From Octopus vulgaris (lineage: Eukaryota): DNA of 64,000 nucleotides. How positions within the stretch are numbered: position 1 is the stretch's first letter; every line of letters starts with the position of its first letter. Both the position numbers and the translations under genes were made by a program. The DNA is taken from contig OX597822.1 of assembly GCA_951406725.2 (NCBI GenBank), forward strand, positions 26,722,001 through 26,786,000. Reading direction: 5' to 3'. The notes under the pieces were generated by a model that was not told the DNA's origin, did no database searches, and worked only from the letters and a program-made list of their open reading frames with translations. Below are positions 12,323 through 22,973 of the stretch, piece after piece.

Positions 12323-12512
12323 CTGTGTTTGTCCCCCCAACATCGATTGACAACCGATGCTGGTGTGTTTACGGTCCTGTAATATAGCCCTTCGGCAAAA
12401 GAGACCAATAGAATAAGTACTAGGCTTACAAAGAATAAATTCTGAGGTCGATTTGCTCAACTAAAGGTGGTGCTCCAGCATGGCAGCAGTTAGATGACTG
12501 AAACCAGTAAAA
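12114..12512 (+). mobile_element. SINE family B
   Basis: Full-length copy. Confidence 0.9.
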
Positions 12513-14057
12513 AAACAAAAAAATTCTCTCACAATATAGTTGTGTCAGGTAATAAAAAGTTGGATACATTTTTAATAATGTATGTTATATTATTATACAT
12601 ACTCGTATGTATTATATTCATTGGAAGTGTTGTCTTATTCTTCCATTCAGCTGTCATTGGAATGCCTCAGATATATTGCTTTCAACACATGCTATATGTC
12701 GGCCCTTACTTAGCAATCATTATTCTGACACTTATTGACCTAACACAAGGGATCTGATATTTGTTTTCATATGATCGATAATGATAGTGAAACTGAATTC
12801 AATGGATCAATACTATTGTGAATTAAGTTAACCTATTCTTATAACCTGTTGTCCTTTCTCTGTAACAACAAATAACTATGGTCGAATATTATCCCATATT
12901 TTTTATATCAATATTAGTAAATACATTAATGAAGAAATGAACTAGAATATCTGTTGCCTGAAGAACAGCAGAATCCATAGAAACTAGTTGTTCTGCATTG
13001 GTGAAAAAGTAACATAATCAAAATAGAGGAATAAAGTTTATGTTGTGGAGAAAAAGAGAAGCCAAGCTTTTCCAGTAGAAACTTCTGTTAGGGAGAAAGG
13101 TTCAGTTCACATTTGTTTTCGCTCATTTTTCATCTTCTTTAATTTGTTTCAGTTTTTTGGACTGTGGCCATGTTGGGGCACTACCTTGAAGGTTTTTTTG
13201 TTGGACAAATGAATCCCTGTACTAATTTCCTTTTTAAATTTGGTACTTATTTTATTGGTCTCTTTTACTGAACTGCTAAGTTATGGAGATGTAAACAAAC
13301 CAACATTGATTGCCAATTAGTGGGTAGTGATGAATTAAGTACTGGTTGAGCACTGGGGTCGATGTAATCAACTTACCCTCATCCCCATAAATTTCTGATC
13401 TTGTGCCAAAAATCTTAAATCATTATTGTCATCATCATCATCATCATCATCATTATTATTTTCAAATCCCTCCTGGGTTGACTTTGCCTTTCATTCTTAT
13501 GGGATCAAGCAGTGGATGAGATAAAAACAGTCACAAAGATGCACTCACAAACACACACACACAATTACACAAAAGGTTTCCTTACAGTTTCCATCTACCA
13601 AATCCACTCACAAGGCATTGATCAGCCTGGGGCTATAGTAGAAGATACTTGCCCAAAATGCTATGCAGTGGGACTGAACCTGAAACCATAGAGTTACTAA
13701 ATGAGCTTCTTAATATACAACTATGCCTGCACTTATCTCTGATAGAAGGCCTTTGTCTGAAAACCTTAGATATTTCTTCTTCCTGTTGGCATAAAATTTA
13801 TCTAACTATTTGAATTATTTCTTGATCTTCAGTTCAATTGATTGATCCCTTTTGAGGTTTTAATACTTCACATCATTAGCAGTTTCCAGATCTGGCTGCT
13901 GCTTTTCACATTAACGAAGCTTGCCATTTTCAACAGAAGAAATAATGTCTCTGAGCAAACATTGAAGTAGTTGTGGGGCAGAGATTGGCTGATAGTAATG
14001 TTTCTGTTTCGTTTTCTCTTTCCTCTTTTGTTAGTATCTTCACTTTTCCATTTTCTT

Positions 14058-14365
14058 CTTCATCATCATCATCGTTATCGTTTAACGTCTGCTTTCTATG
14101 CTAGCATGGGTTGGATGATTTTGACTGAGGGCTGGCGAACCAAATGGCTGCACCAGGCTCCAATCTTGATCTGGCAGAGTTTCTACAGCTGGATGCCCTT
14201 CCTAATGCCAACCACTCAGAGTGTTGTGGGTGCTTTTTTACGTGCCAGCGGCACAGGCACCAGTCAGGCGGTACTGGCAACAACCTCGCTCGAATCTTTT
14301 TACATGTGCCACCGGCACAGGTGCCAGTGAAACGACATTGGTAATGATCACGCTCGTATGGTGCC
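14058..14365 (-). mobile_element. RTE LINE 3' UTR fragment (similar copies: 8045-8215 -, 34160-34530 -, 36915-37285 +, 42280-42645 +, 46340-46730 +, 63715-64000 +)
   Basis: Shared gttggcattaggaagggcatccagctgtagaaac..aacccatgctagcatgg..(GAT)n. Confidence 0.85.
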
Positions 14366-14938
14366 CTTTTAACAGTCTTACAAAAATCAATACTGGGGTT
14401 GATTTCTTTGACTAAACCCTTTAAAGATGACTGAAACAAGTAAACAGACAGTAATAAATGGCCTCTTTATGTTCTGAGTTCAAATCCGACAGAGAATAGG
14501 GGCTCAAAACAAAAAAACAACTGAAATGCATACTGCAAGATGTCTTGGTTGATTCTCTCAATGCTGCCAATCGAATTTGCTGATCTGATATTTCATTGAC
14601 CTGGAGAAAATGAAAAGCTAAGTAGAGTTCAATGAGATTTGAACACTAGAGTACGGACAACAAAAACACAAACACTGTAAGCTATTCTGTTCTATGGTCT
14701 CAGTCAGTATACATTATCAATAAACTGGAATCGATTCACTTGAATATTTATTATTGAGTTTGTTGTGTCAAATGAAAAGAAATCATTAATATCATATTGC
14801 TATTGATAATATCATCAACAAGATAACCACTACCATTGCCACCACCACCACCACCATCAATACCATCTTTATTATTACTCTGCGTGCATAAGTGAAAGCA
14901 GGGTATTGTAGTCGCTCATTATGATTATTATTATTATG

Positions 14939-14970
<32 letters not shown>

Positions 14971-14974
14971 AGTC

Positions 14975-15182
14975 ACAAGCTGGCGGAATTGTTAGCACAT
15001 CAGGCAAAATGATTTGTAGTATTTCGTCTGTCTTTATGTTCTGAATTCAAAATTTGCTGAGGCTGACTTTGTCTTTCATTCTGCTGGAGTTGATGAAATA
15101 AGTACCAGCTGAGAACTGGGGTCAGTGTAATCAATGAGTCCCAGTCCCCCAAATTTCAGGCCTTGTGCCTTTCTCAGAAAGG

Positions 15183-15221
<39 letters not shown>

Positions 15222-16318
15222 GTTAAGGTAACAAGCTGGTAGAATCATTAGCAAACCAGGTAAAATGCTGAGTATATTTCATCTATCGCTACATTCTGAG
15301 TTCAAATCCTGCTGAGGTTGACTTTGCCTTTCATCTTTTGAGGTCAGTAAACTAAGTACCAGTGAAACACTGGGGTCGATATAGTTCATGATTGGCTGAC
15401 AGAATTTTTGAAGTGTTTCCCATGAGGCAGCAAATAACTGTCTCAGATTTGGCTCAGTAAACATTTTAGACTAATATTTACAGTCAAGCTAATACAACGA
15501 TGAGAATTACGGCATTTATAAAAAATGTGAAAATATCTCGGGAAAGATGATCAGAGACCAGGTCAATTTATACACCATGGGTAGGTAAAAAAAACAATCA
15601 TCTTATTTTACATAGGAAGCTGTCAGTTTGTCTAGTTGTTGTTGAGTATTTGAACACTCATTCAAAAAATTTCAGACCTTGTGTTTATAGTAGAAGCGAT
15701 TATTATTATTATTATTATCATCATCATCATCATCATGTGGGTAGTGAGCTGACAGAATCATTTCTACATTGGTCAAAATGCTTAACAGCATTTCTTCTGG
15801 CTCCCTTTACATCTTGAACTGGAATTCTCTTGCAGTTGATTTTGCCTTTCGTCCTTTCAGGGGCAGTGTAATACAGTACGAGTCAAATATTGGTGTTGAT
15901 TACCTCAGCTAACCTCATCTCTTCAAAACTGCTGGCCTTGAATTATTTTTTTTAGGGCAGCAAGTTGGCAGTATTGTTGCTGTATTGAGAAAAAAAAAAG
16001 GCTTTGTATTTATAACAGTTCTTTATGCTCTGAGTTCAAATTCCACTGAAATCAATTTTGCCTTTCATCAATCCAAGGTTGATAAAATTAAGTACCAATA
16101 AAGTACTGAGGTCAGTGATATTGACTAACCCCCTCCCATCAAAATTGCTAGCCTTATGCCTAAATCAGAAATTATTATTATTATTATTCCGCCGAGGTCA
16201 ACTTTGCCTTTCATCCTTTTGGGGCCAATAAGTTAAGTACCAGTGATACACAGGGGTCGATATAATTGACTTGTCCCCACCCCACAAATGTGCGGGCCTA
16301 ATGCCTCCAGTAGAAAGA

Positions 16319-16320
<2 letters not shown>
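14975..16320 (+). mobile_element. Cluster of older family-A-related SINEs separated by (TTA)n tails
   Basis: About five degenerate copies sharing ttctgagttcaaattc..gcctttcatc..aagtacc; similar minus-strand clusters at about 55920-56520 and 59260-60790. Confidence 0.75.
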
Positions 16321-16358
<38 letters not shown>

Positions 16359-17193
16359 GTTAGAAGAGATGTTATCCTGACATTTAGTGATAAATCTTCT
16401 CATATATCAAGACTATTTTGGGTTTCAATTCCAGTATCCTTTGTCCTGTTATGAAGCAGTTTGGACAATGTACTGAGTGCACCAATTTACACCCTTTTGT
16501 TCCATAATCTCTTCATTTCTCTGCCTATGTTCTAATATTTTTCCATTTTCTCAGCTTCTTTAATATCAATTTTACTATCATAACATGGTTGCTAAGTCAA
16601 TGACCTAACACTATTTGTTCGTTGCATTGTCTGCAAGCATGTTTAGTCTCATTGTTTTGAAAGTCGTAGTCTTTATGGAGAAATCCCCTCAATTATGTAA
16701 TGAACATTATGATGATGATCATCATCATTATCAGCAGCAGCAGCAGCATTATTAATTATTATTATTATTATTATAATCACAAAAGATTTATATATTGAAA
16801 AGTCGATTAATGTCAAGCAAGTGAAGAGTGACAATCATGTCTAATGTTAATTCATCCAAGCATTGATTGAAACTAGTCATAGAAAATCAATCCACGATGT
16901 TTTGAATGAATGTTGAAATACTCAATGACAATTCAACAAATTGACAGCTTCCGATGTAAAGTAAGATGATTGTTTTTTTACCTACCCACCGTGTATAAAA
17001 TGACCTGATCCCTGATCATCTTTCCCGAGATTTCTTCTCTAATTCTCCTTTCATTTGTTTTATAAATTCTGTAATTCTCATCATTGTATTAGCTTGACTA
17101 CAAATATTAGTCTAAAATGCTAACTGAGTCAAATCTGTGACACTTATTTGCTGCCTCGTGGGAAATGCTTTAACAATTCTGCCATCCAATCAT
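15388..17193. repeat. Long (about 265 bp) imperfect inverted repeat pair, 15388-15651 and 16916-17193
   Basis: For example agtcaagctaatacaacgatgagaattac vs gtaattctcatcattgtattagcttgact; the arms are collinear throughout. Confidence 0.85.
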
Positions 17194-17626
17194 CATTTAG
17201 ATTTTTTTTCTCATTCTTTTACTGGTTTCAGAGCTTGGATAGTAGTTGTTCTGGGACATCCCTTCAATTATTTAATTGATTATATTGACTCTAGTAATGA
17301 TGTTATCAATGTCTATTTTATTGGAATTATCTTTGGACATAAAGGGATATAGTATTAGTTTACACCAGCAAACATAAACAGTGACTCAGATATGTACACA
17401 TATACATACACGCACACCATAAACATATTTGTCAGGTTCCTGCAGTTTCCATATTCCAAATTCTCCTCACAAAGCATTGGTTCATCTGAGACTACAGTTA
17501 GAGATACTGGCCCAAGCTGCAAAGTAGTGCGACTGAAAAGAGAACTTTGTTGCAAAGCAAATTTCAAAGCCACATGGTTATGCTTGCATCTCCATATAGT
17601 TTATATATGTATACATGTATAAAAGT

Positions 17627-18904
<1,278 letters not shown>

Positions 18905-20818
18905 AAAGCAACTCTAGCAAATGAATGTGGTGGATGTGTGAACAGAATGCAATATTAATGACCTGAAAGATATTGAGTTCCAATCTTGAATTTATATTGT
19001 CCTTAGACAAATCACATTATCAATATACCTGTGCTACAGTCTACATGTATTGCTATAGTATAAGTGTTAAGCTACACTACGTATATAAACAAATGTGCGT
19101 ACAGTTTCTTCACAAGCTGAGAAAGGGAAATTGACCTGTTGTCAGTCCTCCTTGAGACAGTTCTTCTGAGAATGCATACCCACCTATCCATGATAAATTC
19201 TATGTATACATATATAGTCATTATTATTAAAGAGTACATTAAAATGGGAAATCCAATTAGCATAATAATTATTTTGCTAACACCTAGGTCAACTGTATGT
19301 TGATGTGTTGAGCAGCTGGCATACAGATAATGTACTTGTTCTGTGGCTTATATTATTAATTAATTAGAAACACTTCATTATAAGCATTTAATGTTTTACC
19401 TGTATAACCTACATAGCTCCAGGGAGTCTCTGCATGGCTGCTGGACTTGCCAAAAATTAAACACTACCACCATCATCATCATCATCTAATGATAGACATC
19501 CATGCATGCATAAGTAGGATGGTTGCTTATCTACAAGAAAAAAGGAAGAAAAAGGATCTTTGAAAAAGCTGGAGGGATAAATTATTGAATTACGTAGTAA
19601 CAAATAAACTTTGCTTAAAAATAAGTTGGGATACCGAATTGGCAGAGTCATTAGAACATCAGATTAGATTGCTTCCTGCTCTCTGTGTTCAGAGTTCAAA
19701 TCCTATTGAAGCCAACTTCATTATTCATTCTTTTCAGATCAATAAAGTTCCAGTCAGGATACTGGTCTGGTAGACTTGTTAAATCATTGGCTGGGATGCT
19801 TTGTGATAGTTATTCCAGTTCTGTGTGGTCCAGGTACAAAGTCTTGCCCCTAGACCACCATTTTTGTAAAGCAAACTCTTCTGGGCAGACAACAAAACCA
19901 GCAAAAGAAAAGAGAAAGAGACCTAGAGACAATCTGAGGGCATGTAGTGCCCTGTAGATAACTATCATGTTGATGGTACTACCACTGATATACCCTTATC
20001 TGTGTATTTGTATGAAGATATTGGTATGTGGACTTGAACAAAATAACTGAAATAGATAATAAAAATGAGTCCAAAGATATGTATATGAAAAAGAAAAGTA
20101 ATGAGACTTAAGAAGTGTAGATAAACCAGTGTAAATTGTAAGTAAAGCTCTTTAATAATCTCTTATCAATCATTAAGTAGTCCAAATTTGACAGCATGTA
20201 ACATAATGGGAGTGAGTATTTGTGAGTGGGTGGTATTTTGTTAAAATAAAATTTTTATCATGCACATCATCTCTTATATGCACACACGCACATGCACGCA
20301 TACGTGAACAATATTTACTTTTAATTCTTGTTCTGGGTGTAAATTGTTCATTTTCAATCTAAGGTTGGTGTTGCATGTTTTTACAGTCCTAGGCATGTTA
20401 GTATTTCAAAGAAAAGAAAAAATTTTAAGTAAACAGAAATTGTTTAAACTGAATGAACTTACATATGAAATTCTTGAAGAAAAACATGAAGTATTAATGT
20501 TTATATTATAACTAAAACCATTTATAAAAATCACCTTTGGAACCACGGTCATCTGCTGCATGGAAATTTAAGGGTAAAATGAAGGCTCACATACTCAAAA
20601 AAAAAGAATAACCTGATGAATAATTCTGATCAAAATTTCCAAGGGCAACAACTATGAAATGTTTATTAAATAACATTGATTTAAAACTGAGATGGTTTCA
20701 ATATTATGATGAAATAATGTTGCATCCCAAGAAAAAAATATTTGATGGTTAAACTATGATATTCTAAGAGCATATTTAATATACTTGGTCAGTTCAACAA
20801 AAGTGATATGTAAAATGT

Positions 20819-20851
<33 letters not shown>

Positions 20852-20883
20852 AAAAAAGGTTTGAAAATGCAATTTAAACGATG

Positions 20884-20889
20884 TTTATT
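20884..20889 (-). terminator. AATAAA polyadenylation signal near the PLE 3' end
   Basis: TTTATT on the + strand about 40 nt from the element end; repeated at 26696-26701. Confidence 0.5.
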
Positions 20890-20890
20890 T

Positions 20891-20931
20891 ACTTAACCGG
20901 TTTCACTCTTTGGTAAAAGATTGTCAAAAGT
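20891..20931 (-). ncRNA. Minimal type-I hammerhead-ribozyme-like motif (U3-A8 core variant), 3' pLTR copy
   Basis: Minus strand reads ACUU-UUGACAA-UCUUU(UACC)AAAGA-GU-GAAA-C-CG-GUU-AAGU: stem I ACUU/AAGU, stem II hairpin, palindromic AACCGGUU stem III; followed by AAUAAA. Confidence 0.65.
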
Positions 20932-20947
20932 TACATTTAAGGAAACA

Positions 20948-21170
20948 TTGAATAATATGGGTTCAAAAAAGTTTTTTACATAATTGTCACATTGAATATT
21001 ATGCATTCAAAAAAGTTTTTTACATAATTGTCACATTGGATATTATGGGTTCAAAAAAGTTTTTTACATAATTGTCACATTGAATATTATGCATTCAAAA
21101 AAGTTTTTTACATAATTGTCACATTGGATATTATGAATTCAAAAATGTTTTTTTATACATAATTGTCACA
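20948..21170. repeat. 44-bp tandem repeat x5 inside the pLTR (second copy at about 26760-26984)
   Basis: Units start at 20948, 20992, 21036, 21080 and 21124; consensus ttgaatattatgcattcaaaaaagttttttacataattgtcaca. Confidence 0.92.
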
Positions 21171-21527
21171 TTATTTGGGAAAATTTGGCAGAAAAGGATA
21201 AAACAAATATATTATTGGGAATTGGTTGCGTTAATTATTGGTTGTCGCAAATTGTCACATTACATGTATATATATACAATCTTTGGTATATATATACAGC
21301 GTTTTGACAGCAAAAATTAAAATGGATTTTTTGTCCATCTCAGAATATTTTAAGTATGTTTTTACTGACCTGTTAGTATTAGCAGAAAGGCTGAACTGAG
21401 AGAACAGAAGTAGCCAATGTGGTGTATACTTCCCCTTTATGCATGAATGATTTTGGGGTTATCAGGAGGTTAGTATGCGGGTGTGAATAGATGTGTCCGT
21501 GCCTGCTGGTCAGACAGCGTCTGTTTG

Positions 21528-22565
21528 TCACACACATATATATACACACAAACACACACACACACAACAACACACACACACACACACATAGTATACAAAC
21601 ACAAACCACATACAGACAACACACACACACACAGAACACACACACCCACACACAACGCACCCACATATATCACATATATACACAGCACACAAATATAACA
21701 TGTATCTATATATAATATACACAGATATATAACACACATACACACACACACACACAACACACGCACACATACATACATAATATAAATATCACACAAATAC
21801 ACCTAGCATATATATATACACACATACAATACACACATACAGCATGTAAGTAATATACATACACAATATATGCATGCAATATACATACGCAATACATACA
21901 TACAATATATATATATATAGACAATGCATATACATATATACACATATACATATAAATAGTGTTTACATACACATACATAGATGTACCACATATACACACA
22001 ACACACATACATACAATGCATACACATACACGTACGCATACATATAATATATATATACACACACACACACATAACATACATACACACACAATGCATACAT
22101 ATATATACACGCAATGCATATACATGTATTCATGCACATATAGCACACCTACAATATACATATATACAGTGCACACATACACACAAATATATACACTTAA
22201 TTGTACACGTACATATACAATACACATACATACAATATACATATATACAATGCGCATGCAAATAATGTACATGTTTATACACACATAAACATGCAAATAA
22301 ATATACACACACACACATACACACACACACATATATATACACATATATATATATATATATACACACATACATACATACATACATGCACATACATATATTT
22401 TTTCACACACATACACACACACATATATATATAAAAAATTCACCACCCCCCACACACACAAATTACAAACCTATAGCGTACACACTCAAATATATCTCTA
22501 CATGCCGCACATACACACAAACAAAGTACTAACATATACACACATACCATGCATATACACACACA

Positions 22566-22610
<45 letters not shown>

Positions 22611-22825
22611 GATACATATGTAAAAACATACACACGTATACAATGCTCACACACACACACACACACACATACACACACACCCGCACACAGTGCACACACA
22701 CACACACATATATACACACGTGCACACACACAAACACATACAACGCGCGCACACACACATATACACACACACGCACACAGTGCACACACACACACACACA
22801 TATATCACCTACATATATATAATGC
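21528..22825. repeat. Long degenerate (CA/TA)n tract forming part of the PLE 3' UTR
   Basis: The 21528-22134 part is duplicated nearly base-for-base in the other pLTR, so it travels with the element. Confidence 0.9.
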
Positions 22826-22973
22826 ATGCGTGTGCATGCCACGTATGTGTGCGGTCAATGCCCGCTAGTGTGTCCTATGCGTGCCGATGCGCGCATGTGC
22901 CCGCCCGCACGATATGCTGTGAGCGTGCGCGCGTCCCTGTGTGCTTGCTCTGGATGTGCTTCCAGGGGGTATG

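Larger units (their letters stand above)
20844..22134 (-). repeat. 3' pseudo-LTR of the PLE
   Basis: Direct repeat of 26656-27948; by eye only two single-A indels and one substitution differ. Confidence 0.95.

Noticed and set aside
12955-12997. CTGAAGA...GAAACTAGTT hammerhead-like string (also CTGATAGA..GAAA at about 13735-13771)
   Set aside because: Stems I/II do not pair convincingly or the core spacing is wrong; at best decayed remnants
20948-21170. CRISPR-like appearance of the 44-bp array
   Set aside because: Head-to-tail tandem units without unique spacers, no cas genes, eukaryotic context
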